Origin: Nitrospiraceae bacterium
GTDB lineage: Bacteria; Nitrospirota; Nitrospiria; Nitrospirales; Nitrospiraceae
Assembly (NCBI GenBank): GCA_050246315.1
Contig: JBFWWG010000006.1
Coordinates: 128,001 to 192,000, forward strand
DNA: 64,000 bases
Direction of reading: 5' to 3'
The translations under genes were made by a program, and so were the position numbers. Shown here in pieces: positions 19,665 through 29,855 of this stretch. Position 1 is the first letter of the stretch; each line of letters opens with the position of its first letter. Below the pieces are notes generated by a model. It was not told the origin of the DNA. It did not search any database and saw only the letters and a list, made by a program, of their open reading frames with translations.

Positions 19665-20864
19665 CTACCCCTTACCCACCTCCTGCGTTGGAGGCGGAGA
19701 TTTGAATCCGCGATGCAAGAACACCGAGACGCTCCCTGCTCCATTGTTGGCGATGACCAATCCAGGGACCGCCGTCTGTTCGGTCATGACGGAAAAATCC
19801 GCGAGCGCGAACGGCCCTCCTTTGGTTCGATAGTTTCTGGGCGGGTACCGGAACGTGCCGTCTCCGCGTCCGAAAAGAATTGAGAGGTCGTTTGACTGAA
19901 TGTTGACAATGGCCACATCCAAGATCCGATCCCCGTCAAAATCCCTTGCCACTCCGTAATTGGGGCCGGCGTCGGCCCCTGATTCTTTGCCGGGCTGGAA
20001 GCTCCCGTCCCCCTTGCCGAGAAAAATCGTGAACGTATCCATCTCGCCGTTGATCACAAAGAGGTCATCGAGCTGATCGTTGTTAAAGTCCGCAACGCTG
20101 ACGCCCAGCGGACGTTTTCCCGTGCGATAATCGGTCGGACCGGTAAAGGAGCCGTCGCCTCTGCCCATCCACACGGACACGGCGTTCGACATACGCCCTC
20201 CGTTCGTCACCAGCAGATCCGGCTTACCATCGGCGTTCAGATCCTTGAGTACCAGCGAAGTCGGCGTGTCCCCGTATTCATAAAGCGGCCCGTCCGAGAA
20301 TTCCCCATTGCCGCGTCCGAGGAGAATCTTGATCTTGTCGTTGCGAAGCGCCACGGCCAGGTCGATGGTGCCGTCGCCGTCCACATCCGCCCCGTCGATG
20401 GAAACCGGGATCTTGTGAACGGTATACAGGTGCGCTTCTTGAAAGCCGCCCTCCGGACGTCCCAGATAGATGCCGATCTGATCGCTGCCCGCGCACACGA
20501 TCGCCATATCGCCGAGCCCATCATGGTTGAGATCCTTCACCGCCAGGGCCCGCGGCTCCGCACAGACCTTCATCTGAATCTGATCCTTGAAGCTACCGTC
20601 GCCGTTGCCCATGAGAAACGACAAGGTGTTGTTGCCGATATTGGTTGTAACCACATCGGTCACTCCGTCATGATCGAAATCAGCGGTGGTGACGCTGGTC
20701 GGATTTCTCCCAACTGCATAGTGGGCGTATAGATAAAACAGGTCGGGCGGATCGTAGGCGTCGGTCTTGGGACAACCCCACAGCCCCGCGAGGAGGGCAC
20801 TCGCAACCAGCATCATGGCCGAGACGTGGCGGATGCGCCATGATGTCGCTTGGAAAGGGTACAT
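19665..20864 (-). CDS. FG-GAP/VCBS repeat lipoprotein (start approximate)
   Basis: Lipobox-like LWGC; repeated DFNxDGxxD and GRGDGSF motifs. Confidence 0.88.
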   Translation of the reverse strand: MYPFQATSWRIRHVSAMMLVASALLAGLWGCPKTDAYDPPDLFYLYAHYAVGRNPTSVTTADFDHDGVTDVVTTNIGNNTLSFLMGNGDGSFKDQIQMKVCAEPRALAVKDLNHDGLGDMAIVCAGSDQIGIYLGRPEGGFQEAHLYTVHKIPVSIDGADVDGDGTIDLAVALRNDKIKILLGRGNGEFSDGPLYEYGDTPTSLVLKDLNADGKPDLLVTNGGRMSNAVSVWMGRGDGSFTGPTDYRTGKRPLGVSVADFNNDQLDDLFVINGEMDTFTIFLGKGDGSFQPGKESGADAGPNYGVARDFDGDRILDVAIVNIQSNDLSILFGRGDGTFRYPPRNYRTKGGPFALADFSVMTEQTAVPGLVIANNGAGSVSVFLHRGFKSPPPTQEVGKG

Positions 20865-21239
20865 GGAACGCGGGACCTTGGCCGTCGGTGCAGCGCGAGT
20901 ATACTTGGTCATCGCCGAACAGAACAACCATCGGCCCGACGGGTACGTGCCTGAGCCACGACCGTACCGGCTGATGCGAGGCCGACCGCAGACCATGCGG
21001 TACGGGGGAGCGCCGGGATTTCTCAAAAATTGAAATATGCCTCGTGTCTGAGCTACCATAATACCTTCATACATGTCGCCGGATAGACGGAAGTCCATGA
21101 CGCGCTTTGTCCGGCAGCTACGAGCCATCGCAGGGGCGGGTTCTCGCGAAAATGTTATTAGGAGCCTGTCCGGTGGCAGTAGTGACGAGAGGGCCCAGAA
21201 GAGCCAACGGTGCTCATGAAGCTTGATAGGGAGGGATCT

Positions 21240-21560
21240 ATGGCAGAGAAGATGAAGATCGATTTAACCATGTACGGCATCGCCGAAGTGTTGAAGTGGT
21301 GCCACGACCGCAACAACGGACGGGTACCTGGAGTAGATACAGAGGGGTTTAAGAAAATGCAGGCGCTGGTTGCCGAGAAGCCTCAAGCCGGCGACTACTT
21401 CACACTTGACCAGTTTTGGAAGAAAAACGTGACGCTGGAGTTCACACCGGAGGAGGTCCAGGTGATCGACCGGTGTCTCTACGACATTCCCAACTTCGAC
21501 AACGTACCCCTACCCCAAATCCGGCACAAGTTTTGGCCCCAGCACTCCGGCGTCCACTGA
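21240..21560 (+). CDS. Hypothetical protein
   Basis: GGGAGG RBS; MAEKMKIDLTMYG... Confidence 0.75.
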   Translation: MAEKMKIDLTMYGIAEVLKWCHDRNNGRVPGVDTEGFKKMQALVAEKPQAGDYFTLDQFWKKNVTLEFTPEEVQVIDRCLYDIPNFDNVPLPQIRHKFWPQHSGVH

Positions 21561-21579
21561 TTCCTGCGTATGGAGCCGA

Positions 21580-22065
21580 CATAACCAGCGATTACGTTTG
21601 CTCCGCAATCGCTCGCCGAGGCCGCGCCTCTCCAGAGGCGCGGCCTCACCGGGTGAGGAGTCGAAGGAGATACCTGCCGCACTTCATATGGACCAGCGGC
21701 TCATCGGGGAAAGCCCATCCGAGTTGGCGTTGCTGGCGAGACCCACCAGCGAGTTTCGAGCCTCATCCGCGCTTCGTACGATCCGGCCGCCCATCGGATA
21801 GATCTCGACGAACAGATAAATCTCTTCAGGGTTGAGCCTCTTCGCGCATCACCCATTGCATGGACAAGAGCAATGGGTACTCCACGCGGAGCCGCGAGGC
21901 AGGAAGGTGTACTTGAAACCGTATGCCGATCGAGCGGCGAGCCTGCCAGCTTGGGAGCGGAGAACTCGCGCCCAAGCTAGTCGCCGCTGAGGCACCCGTT
22001 GCATCTTGATCGCAACGGGTCGCACGGTGGTTGCAGCAGAAGTGCTCATGAATAATGTGGGCTAG
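21580..22065. repeat. Composite hairpin/MITE family A remnant
   Basis: Right end CTCATGAATAATGTGGGCTAG; modules shared with 16684-17094. Confidence 0.65.
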
Positions 22066-23060
22066 AGTGATCCTTCCCCCTTGAGATACTTCCTGAACCG
22101 GTCCATCAGCTCAGCACCCAGCGTGCCGCCTTCGGGTTTCTTCGTCTCCGGATCGGCAAAGTGCTGTCGAATGTCCTGAAGCCGCTTTTCGGCCTGATCG
22201 TTTCCCTGCAGCCGCTTCGTCTTCTGGAGCGCAGTCTCAAAGGCATCGAACGTGAGTTCCCGGAAACCGTAGGAGCGGATGCGTTTCACCGCCTTCATCA
22301 TGGCTTGGTTCCGAAACTGCGTGAGGTGATCTGAATCGATCTCCATGAGTCCGAGTTTGCGTGCCCGTCGTTCGGCGGCCTTCCGAATGCCGCTCCGGAC
22401 GAAGTCGGGCGAGGTCTGCAACCGCTTCCAGGCTTCATCGGACCAGCCGACCCGTTCTTGCGGTCGGTCCCACACCTGAACCAGTGCCGCCTCATCGATT
22501 CGCGACAGTCCCTGCTCACGGGCCATCTCTTCAGTGTCGCGCTTGAGCATGTCGGCCACAAATTCTTGGGCGATGGCCGGTGCTTCCTTGATCTTCTCCT
22601 GAAGCCTGCCCGCCGCCCCTTCGGTCCACTCCATCGGAGGCGCGGCGGCCTCCTGAAGATCTCCCAAAGCTTCGACCTTTTCGAAAAGATCGACGTTGAC
22701 CTCCATATGCCCATGTTCGCGAGCCAGTTCTTCGGCGATCTGCTTGATCATGTGGCGCATGAACTCCGGTACGGAATCCAATCGGGCTTGCGCCGCCGCC
22801 GTCCATGGCAATCGCCCGGCCTGCATCTGAGACGCCGCTTGGGCCATCCCGGCGCTCCCGCCCATGCTGCCCATCATCTGCCCCTTGAATTGATCGAGAA
22901 TCTCTTCCGTAATCGTGCCGTACCCCAACTCACGGGCCTTCTTTTCTGCCAAACGTTTGACCATGCCCCGCAAGAAGGCCGGTGCGCGCTCCATCCGTTG
23001 GAGCGCTTCCGGAGTCCACATGATATCGTCGAACGCGATTGGTGAGGTTGACTCGGCCAT
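22062..23060 (-). CDS. Protein of tandem PCP_red (BchB/ChlB C-terminal-like) repeats
   Basis: Four W-T/S-x2-A-x2-R-[LM]...P-x-F...E-x2-AR-x2-G repeats. Confidence 0.82.
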   Translation of the reverse strand: MAESTSPIAFDDIMWTPEALQRMERAPAFLRGMVKRLAEKKARELGYGTITEEILDQFKGQMMGSMGGSAGMAQAASQMQAGRLPWTAAAQARLDSVPEFMRHMIKQIAEELAREHGHMEVNVDLFEKVEALGDLQEAAAPPMEWTEGAAGRLQEKIKEAPAIAQEFVADMLKRDTEEMAREQGLSRIDEAALVQVWDRPQERVGWSDEAWKRLQTSPDFVRSGIRKAAERRARKLGLMEIDSDHLTQFRNQAMMKAVKRIRSYGFRELTFDAFETALQKTKRLQGNDQAEKRLQDIRQHFADPETKKPEGGTLGAELMDRFRKYLKGEGSL

Positions 23061-23092
23061 GATGACGCCTCGTACCTGTTGTGTCGTGAACG

Positions 23093-23371
23093 TTATTGAT
23101 TCAACAGCTCCTTCAATTCCTTGCCCGCCTTGAAAAACGGGACCTTCTTGGCCGGGACGGCCACGGTCGCGCCGGTTTTCGGATTCCGCCCCTCCTTCAT
23201 CCGACGCGAGCGAAGACGAAAGCTGCCGAACCCGCGAATCTCGGTCTTATCGCCGGCCCGCAAGGAATCACGGATGCTGTCAAAGACCGTATTGACCACG
23301 ATCTCGGCCTGGCGCTTCGTCAATGTCGGCACCTGCTCCGACAACCGTTCGATGATTTGGGCTTTCGTCAT
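23093..23371 (-). CDS. ihfB: Integration host factor beta
   Basis: EIRGFGSF, GRNPKTG, PFFKAGKELK; follows rpsA-sppA. Confidence 0.88.
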   Translation of the reverse strand: MTKAQIIERLSEQVPTLTKRQAEIVVNTVFDSIRDSLRAGDKTEIRGFGSFRLRSRRMKEGRNPKTGATVAVPAKKVPFFKAGKELKELLNQ

Positions 23372-23412
23372 TCAACCCCCTTCCTCCGCTGCATGAAAGA
23401 CCGGCGCGGCCG

Positions 23413-24312
23413 TCAATAGGCCATCAAGTACTTCAGATTCACTCCGGGATGCCAATCGAACTCCGGCAATGCCCCCGACAATTTCGTTTCGATCAGCTCG
23501 CGAATCGAAAACCGCTTCCTCGGTTCCACCACTTGAGGCTCCCCTTCGATGCCGGCCAAATCCGCGGCCAGTTGAATGGCATCATCCAGATCCCCGAGTT
23601 CATCGACCAGCTTCATGTCCCTCGCCTGCCGCCCGGTGAACACCCGTCCGTCCGCGAACGTGTGCACATCGGCGAGAGCAAGCGACCGCCCCTCCGACAC
23701 CGCCTCGATGAATTGTTGATGAACGTCGTCCATCACGGTTTGGAGGACGGTGCGCTCCTCATCCGTCATTTTCCGGAGCGGCGAGCCGACATCCTTGAAC
23801 CGCCCGGACTTGATCACGACGCCTTCGACCCCAAGCTTCTTGAGTAAGCCTTCCAGGTTGGCAGTCTCCATAATCACGCCGATGCTGCCGGTTAACGTGC
23901 CGGGATTCGCCATAATCCGGTCGCTGGCTACCGCGATATAATACCCTCCCGATGCGGCAACGGTTCCCATCGACACAACCACGGCCTTGTTCGTCCTGGT
24001 TCGCAGCCGCCTGACGGCCTCGTAAATTTCCTGAGACGGCACCACTCCTCCCCCGGGGCTGTCGATCCGCAGCACGATCGCCTTGACCGACGGGTTGTCG
24101 CCGAACCGTTTCAGCTCGCCCACCGTCTCTTTGGAATCCACGATGACCCCTTCGATCCTGATCAGCGCCACACGGTCCTCCCCGAGCATCTCCAGCCCGG
24201 GGAGGATCCAACTGCCGAGTAGCGTCAATAGGGTTCCGAGCACGAGAATCCAGAGCGTCAGCCGCCACCCCTTCTTGCGGGATTTCGCTTCTGCCACCGA
24301 CGCCTCCGTCAT
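23413..24312 (-). CDS. sppA: Signal peptide peptidase
   Basis: DSPGG, AASGGYY, TGSIGV. Confidence 0.93.
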   Translation of the reverse strand: MTEASVAEAKSRKKGWRLTLWILVLGTLLTLLGSWILPGLEMLGEDRVALIRIEGVIVDSKETVGELKRFGDNPSVKAIVLRIDSPGGGVVPSQEIYEAVRRLRTRTNKAVVVSMGTVAASGGYYIAVASDRIMANPGTLTGSIGVIMETANLEGLLKKLGVEGVVIKSGRFKDVGSPLRKMTDEERTVLQTVMDDVHQQFIEAVSEGRSLALADVHTFADGRVFTGRQARDMKLVDELGDLDDAIQLAADLAGIEGEPQVVEPRKRFSIRELIETKLSGALPEFDWHPGVNLKYLMAY

Positions 24313-24362
24313 GCTCGCATCGCTCTTTCTTCGGGGCGGGTCGTGAATCCACCGACGACCGT

Positions 24363-26072
24363 TTATTCGTCGTCGCCCTTGCCGCGCTTCCGCTGCTTGA
24401 CCGCACGGCCGAGGCTCTGGTCCACCGCGCCTTGAGAGGCATGGAATTCGTCCACCTGCCGCGACTCCACATCCGAGTGGTGGTCCCGCTGGCTCAGCGC
24501 GATCTTCCGCTCCTCCCGATCGACCTTAATAATCTTGGCGGTCACTTCATCCTGGAGCTTAAAGGCCTCTTCGAGTCGGCCGGACGGCTCCATTCTGGTT
24601 TCGCTCACGTGGATCAACCCTTCGACCCCGCCCTCCAACTCGACGAACACACCAAAATCCACCACCTTGCTGACCCGCCCCATGACGGTATCGCCCACAT
24701 GGAACCGGGCGGGGATCTCATCGTCCCAGGGATCGCGTGCCAACTGCTTGTACCCCAAGGACAGCCGTTCCTTCTCTTTGTCGATCCGGAGCACGAGGGC
24801 CTCGACCTTCTGGCCCTTCTTGAAGAGCTCCGACGGGTGCTTGATGTGCTTGACCCATGACATGTCGGAAATGTGGATGAGCCCATCGATCCCCTCGTCC
24901 AAACCCACAAACGCGCCGAAATCGGTCAGGCTCTTGATCTTGCCTTCGATCCTCGTCCCGGCCGGATATTTGGTCTCGACCACGTCCCATGGATTCGGCG
25001 CGGTTTGCTTCATCCCGAGGGAGATCTTCCGGTTGCCCGGGTCCACATTCAGCACGGCCGCCTCAACCTGATCGCCGATCGACACGACTTTGGAAGGATG
25101 GCGGACTTCGTGCGTCCAGGACATTTCGGATACGTGGACCAAGCCTTCCACACCCGGCTCCAACTCGATAAACGCGCCGTAGTCGGTGAGACTGACCACT
25201 CTCCCCTTCACCCTTGTCCCGATCGGATACTTCACCGCCACGTTGGTCCAGGGATCCGCCGTTTTCTGTTTGAGTCCGAGAGAGATCCGTCCGGTTTCCC
25301 GATCGTACTTGAGCACGGTCACTTCCACACGGTCTCCGATCTGGAACATTTCGGAGGGATGGCCGACTCGGCCCCACGACATATCGGTGATGTGCAGCAA
25401 TCCGTCGATGCCACCCAGATCGATGAAGGCGCCGTAGTCGGTGATATTCTTCACCATGCCTTGGATCAACTGGCCTTCCCGCAGATTCGCCAAGGTGGTC
25501 TGGCGGTTCCGGTCGCGCGTCTCTTCGAGGAGCACGCGCCGGGACACCACCACGTTCCCGCGCCGGTGGTTGATCTTGATGATCTTCATCGGGAAGACCT
25601 TTCCAATCAATCCGTCGAGATCGCGAACCGGATGGAGGTCGATCTGCGATCCCGGCAAGAAGGCCTTCACGCCGATGTCCACCATCATCCCGCCCTTGAT
25701 CTTGGAGAGAATCTTTCCCTCCACATGCTTCTCTTCTTTGAAGATCTTTTCCAGATCCTCCCAGATCTTCATCTTGTCGGCCTTCTCTTTCGACAAGACG
25801 AGATTGCCCTCCGAATCCTCCGTGTCCTCGATATAGACCTGAACCCGGTCGCCGACCTTCAGGTGGCTCAATTCTTCCTGAGAGAACTGCTCGAGCGAGA
25901 TGAGCCCTTCCGACTTATATCCGATATCGACGACGATTTTATCCTTCCCAATGGCGACGATACGTCCCTCGACGATCGTCCCCTCTTCGAAATTCCGAAA
26001 CGTCTCCTCATAGAGGGACTCCATGGCCCCCCGATCCAAATGTTGACCTGTCGGCTGCGTGGCAATAGTCAT
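24363..26072 (-). CDS. rpsA: 30S ribosomal protein S1
   Basis: Six S1 repeats (YGAFIDLGGIDGLLH etc.). Confidence 0.97.
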   Translation of the reverse strand: MTIATQPTGQHLDRGAMESLYEETFRNFEEGTIVEGRIVAIGKDKIVVDIGYKSEGLISLEQFSQEELSHLKVGDRVQVYIEDTEDSEGNLVLSKEKADKMKIWEDLEKIFKEEKHVEGKILSKIKGGMMVDIGVKAFLPGSQIDLHPVRDLDGLIGKVFPMKIIKINHRRGNVVVSRRVLLEETRDRNRQTTLANLREGQLIQGMVKNITDYGAFIDLGGIDGLLHITDMSWGRVGHPSEMFQIGDRVEVTVLKYDRETGRISLGLKQKTADPWTNVAVKYPIGTRVKGRVVSLTDYGAFIELEPGVEGLVHVSEMSWTHEVRHPSKVVSIGDQVEAAVLNVDPGNRKISLGMKQTAPNPWDVVETKYPAGTRIEGKIKSLTDFGAFVGLDEGIDGLIHISDMSWVKHIKHPSELFKKGQKVEALVLRIDKEKERLSLGYKQLARDPWDDEIPARFHVGDTVMGRVSKVVDFGVFVELEGGVEGLIHVSETRMEPSGRLEEAFKLQDEVTAKIIKVDREERKIALSQRDHHSDVESRQVDEFHASQGAVDQSLGRAVKQRKRGKGDDE

Positions 26073-26117
26073 GACGATACAACCCAATCCTCCGAACTCT
26101 GTCGGGTGCTGATATGA

Positions 26118-26834
26118 TTATGACCCATGGCCGCTCTCAGCGCTGAGCGACTGTGGGGCCGGTGGTTCGTGTGTCACGCCAGCGGAAGAGGCTCCTCTTG
26201 GTTTCGCCTCCCGTGGTGGCTCGACACCTCCCAATTCCGCAATCTTCAGCATCACACGCCGGCTCACCTCTCGATAAAACGTCTTTTCCGGCCACTCCCC
26301 CGGTTTCCCATCGAAGGAGAGCGCCGGCCCAAACCGCACAGACAACGGTCGCATACGGGGCCACGATGCGCCCGGCGGCAACACGTCATAGGTCCCTCCA
26401 ATGTGAACGGGAATCACCGGACATCCGGTTTGTGCGACCACAAGGCCGATTCCTGGTTTTCCCGCTCTCAGCTTCCCGGTGAGACTTCGTCCGCCCTCCG
26501 GGTAAATGACCACCGCCTTTCCCTGGCGAATGAGGTCGATCGCCAGTTCGAATCCTTTTCGATCCAACCGATTCGCGCTGATCGGAATCCAGCCCAAGGC
26601 CCGAATCAGGGGCCTGAGCCATGAAAAAAACAAATCCCGCCGGCCCAGATGCCAGAGTCGGCGCCGGACGGCACAACCCAGAATGGGAATGTCCAGGTAG
26701 CTCGCGTGATTCGCAGCGAGAAGCACCCCGCTCTTCTTCGGAACATGCTCCTGACCCTCGACGCGGAATCGGAAGAACAGATGCGCAAGAGATCTGATCA
26801 GCATCCAGAGGATGCCATACAGCAACGAACTCAC
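26118..26834 (-). CDS. plsC: 1-acyl-sn-glycerol-3-phosphate acyltransferase
   Basis: NHASYLD, YPEGGRS. Confidence 0.9.
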   Translation of the reverse strand: MSSLLYGILWMLIRSLAHLFFRFRVEGQEHVPKKSGVLLAANHASYLDIPILGCAVRRRLWHLGRRDLFFSWLRPLIRALGWIPISANRLDRKGFELAIDLIRQGKAVVIYPEGGRSLTGKLRAGKPGIGLVVAQTGCPVIPVHIGGTYDVLPPGASWPRMRPLSVRFGPALSFDGKPGEWPEKTFYREVSRRVMLKIAELGGVEPPREAKPRGASSAGVTHEPPAPQSLSAESGHGS

Positions 26835-27553
26835 AGTTTGGCTGAAACGGCCGCCAGCATCTGCTGGAGCACGTGCTCGACGTCCAGGTTCGAAGTATCG
26901 ATGGTCAACGCGTCCGACGCCGGGACCAGCGGCGCATGCTCCCTGGTTCGATCTCGGGTATCACGGGCGGCCAACTCTTGGGTCGTGTCCTTCAGCGAGA
27001 CAGACCGTCCCGATGCTGCGAGTTCACGATAACGCCGTTGAGCGCGGACTTCAGGGGTAGCCTCCAGAAAAAACTTCACGTCCGCGGCAGGGAACACCCG
27101 GGTGCCCAGATCACGCCCGTCGGCCACCACGGCTCCCTGCTTCGCGATCTGTCGTTGCACCGGGAGCAGCCAGTCGCGAACCGTCGAAAGGGAGGAGATC
27201 ACGGACGCCATCGCGCTCGTGTCGGGAGCACGGAGGTCCTCGCTGACCTCGCATCCATCGACCGACACCCGCATCCCTTCGCCATCCGGATGGCGGATGT
27301 CCAGCCGCGTCGTCGCCAACAGTCGCTCCACACCCGCCGCATCGTCGGGTGCGACGCCGGCTTGCTTTACCTTCCAGGCCACTGCCCGGTACAGAGCGCC
27401 GGTATCGAGATAGAGATAGCCCAGCCGGGAAGCCAGTAGCTTCGCGACCGTACTCTTCCCCGCTCCGGCTGGTCCGTCGATGGTGATCACGAATGCGGAC
27501 CGCTGAGTGCGGCCGTGGGTATCGGCGGCTCGTGGCGCTTGTATTATAGACAT
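26831..27553 (-). CDS. cmk: Cytidylate kinase
   Basis: IDGPAGAGKS, LDTGALYR, DGRD. Confidence 0.95.
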   Translation of the reverse strand: MSIIQAPRAADTHGRTQRSAFVITIDGPAGAGKSTVAKLLASRLGYLYLDTGALYRAVAWKVKQAGVAPDDAAGVERLLATTRLDIRHPDGEGMRVSVDGCEVSEDLRAPDTSAMASVISSLSTVRDWLLPVQRQIAKQGAVVADGRDLGTRVFPAADVKFFLEATPEVRAQRRYRELAASGRSVSLKDTTQELAARDTRDRTREHAPLVPASDALTIDTSNLDVEHVLQQMLAAVSAKL

Positions 27554-28863
27554 CAGCTCAAAGGTGTCAACAAATCCAATAACTTAGATTCGAATCCCGG
27601 GAAAGATGTCTCAATGCATCCCGAGTCGGCGATCGTCGTGGCTCCCTCGGCGACAAGACCGGCCACCGCCATCGACATGGCAATGCGGTGATCGCCATGA
27701 CTCTCGCAGCAGCCTCCGGTCAATCGGGCTTTCTCCCCGCCTCCATGAATGACCATCCCATCCGGCCGCTCGGTCATCGAGACGCCCATCTTCCGCAATT
27801 CCGCGGCCATGGTGGCGATCCGATCGCTTTCCTTGACTCGCAATTCTTCGGCGCCAGAGACGATGGTGTCTCCCTCGGCAACCGACGCGGCCACGCAGAG
27901 AATGGGAAACTCGTCGATCATATTCGGAATCTCCTCCGCCGTGACCGTGACACCTTTGAGCGCCGCGGACCGAACCACCAGGTCGGCGACCGGCTCCCCG
28001 GCCTCCTCCGCAATATTCATGACCTGAATATCCGCGCCCATACGGGTCAATATCGTCAACAACCCGACCCTGGTCGGATTGACGCCCACCCGGCGAATCG
28101 TCACATGTGAACCGGTCACGATCGTCGCAGCCACCAGAAAAAACGCGGCGGCGGAGAAATCACCCGGCACACGCAGATCCTTGGCCGGCCAGCCCGCGGC
28201 GGGGCGTCCTTCCACAGATACGGTCGCGCCATGCTGCGAACAGGCAATGCCGAAATAGCGGAAGATCCGCTCAGTATGGTCGCGCGAGACCCGCGGCTCG
28301 GTCACGCTCGTGGCCCCCTCCGCAAAGAGACCGGCCAATAGCAGGGCCGACTTCACCTGCGCGCTGGCAACAGGAGAGGTGTAGGCAATGCCTCGTAGCT
28401 TGCCTCCCGTGATGGCCAGAGGCGCCAGTTCACCGCCGCGCCGACCGGCGATGGAGGCGCCCATCTCCCGCAGAGGGCGGACGACGCGACCCATGGGCCG
28501 ACGCCGGATGGAGGTGTCGCCCGTCAAGACCGTGAAAAAATCCTGGCCTGCGAGGAGGCCCGCCAGGAGCCTGATGCCGGTCCCTGAGTTACCACAATCG
28601 ATCGGGCCGTTCGGTTCGCTAAGTCCCCAGAGTCCCTTTCCCTGCACGTCGAGCCGCTCGGGCGACTCCTGGATCTCGACCCCCATGGCCCGACAAGCCC
28701 GCATCGTGTTCAGACAGTCCTCACCACGACAATAGCCGGTGATGGAACTGCCCCCCTGAGCCAAGGAGGCCAACATGATGGCACGATGGGTCACGGACTT
28801 ATCCCCCGGCATGTCTATGACACCGCGGAGCGATCGAGCCGGCTTGATGGTCAATGATGACAT
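27553..28863 (-). CDS. aroA: EPSP synthase
   Basis: PGDKSVTHR, GNSGT, SAQVKS, ELRVKESDR, DHRIAM. Confidence 0.96.
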   Translation of the reverse strand: MSSLTIKPARSLRGVIDMPGDKSVTHRAIMLASLAQGGSSITGYCRGEDCLNTMRACRAMGVEIQESPERLDVQGKGLWGLSEPNGPIDCGNSGTGIRLLAGLLAGQDFFTVLTGDTSIRRRPMGRVVRPLREMGASIAGRRGGELAPLAITGGKLRGIAYTSPVASAQVKSALLLAGLFAEGATSVTEPRVSRDHTERIFRYFGIACSQHGATVSVEGRPAAGWPAKDLRVPGDFSAAAFFLVAATIVTGSHVTIRRVGVNPTRVGLLTILTRMGADIQVMNIAEEAGEPVADLVVRSAALKGVTVTAEEIPNMIDEFPILCVAASVAEGDTIVSGAEELRVKESDRIATMAAELRKMGVSMTERPDGMVIHGGGEKARLTGGCCESHGDHRIAMSMAVAGLVAEGATTIADSGCIETSFPGFESKLLDLLTPLS

Positions 28864-28882
28864 GGTGTACAGCGGAGAGTCC

Positions 28883-29767
28883 TTACGCCGGCTGTCCGTT
28901 GAGCTGCTCTCGGACGGTCCTGGCCGCTTCCATTTTCTTTTCCAGACCGGGTCCGTCACCGGATTTGATCAGCTCCTTCAATTGCCGGAGGTGCTGTTCA
29001 TAGACCTCGATCAATTGAACCAAATTGTCCGGATTCCAGAGGCAGATATCGCGCCACATTTCAGGAGAGCTGGCCGCGATGCGTGTCGTGTCGCGCAGCC
29101 CACCACCCGAGTGCAGGCGGAGATCCAAATCCGGCGCCATGCGATCCCGCACCTCCGCGAGCGCATTCACCAGGGCAAACGCGGCCATGTGCGGCAGATG
29201 GCTGACCGCGCCCAAAATCTTGTCGTGGAGAAAGGGGTCCATCGAGAGCACGGTCGAACCTGTTCGTTCCCACAACTCCGTGATCGCCTGCAACGCCTCC
29301 GGATCGGTGCGCGGCGTCGGGGTGACAATGCACCGGGCTCTCTTGAAAAGCGTCACCGAAGCCGCTGCCACGCCGGTTTTTTCCTTGCCGGCGATGGGAT
29401 GTGCGCCCACAAAGCGGACTTGCGCAGGGAGGTGATTTTCGGCCTGAATCACGAGGTTTCCTTTGACACTCCCCACGTCACTGACGATCGCGTGAGGCCG
29501 TAGGACCGCCCCCCAGTCCTTGAGGTGCGGCTCATACGTAGAAACCGGGGTTGCAAGAATGACGAGGTCCGCGTCCCGCACCCCTTCACAAGGATCGGAG
29601 ACATACCGGTCGATCGCGCCGACCTCCATCGCCGTCTTGAGATTCTCGATCCTCCTCCCGACCCCCACGACGGTCTCGGCCAGCCCTTCTCGCCGCACGA
29701 TCATTCCCAGGGAGCCTCCGATCAGGCCGACCCCGATGATCGTCATCTGTTTGAAATGTACTGTCAT
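28883..29767 (-). CDS. tyrA: Prephenate/arogenate dehydrogenase
   Basis: GVGLIGGS, DVGSVK, HPIAG, SHLPH, DTTRIA. Confidence 0.93.
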   Translation of the reverse strand: MTVHFKQMTIIGVGLIGGSLGMIVRREGLAETVVGVGRRIENLKTAMEVGAIDRYVSDPCEGVRDADLVILATPVSTYEPHLKDWGAVLRPHAIVSDVGSVKGNLVIQAENHLPAQVRFVGAHPIAGKEKTGVAAASVTLFKRARCIVTPTPRTDPEALQAITELWERTGSTVLSMDPFLHDKILGAVSHLPHMAAFALVNALAEVRDRMAPDLDLRLHSGGGLRDTTRIAASSPEMWRDICLWNPDNLVQLIEVYEQHLRQLKELIKSGDGPGLEKKMEAARTVREQLNGQPA

Positions 29768-29855
29768 CTCTCCTATTCAGCTCGGCCGATCGGCCACATC
29801 GTCAAGCCCCAGCCCGTCCGAATCGCCATTGCCGCGGTTTCACCGAACGGACCGG

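Noticed and set aside
24873..26117. Long antisense ORFs (also 38112-39092, 39108-40151, 52930-53988) and the alternate-frame 42126-43244
   Set aside because: Shadow frames of well-conserved genes in GC-rich DNA; no recognisable motifs.
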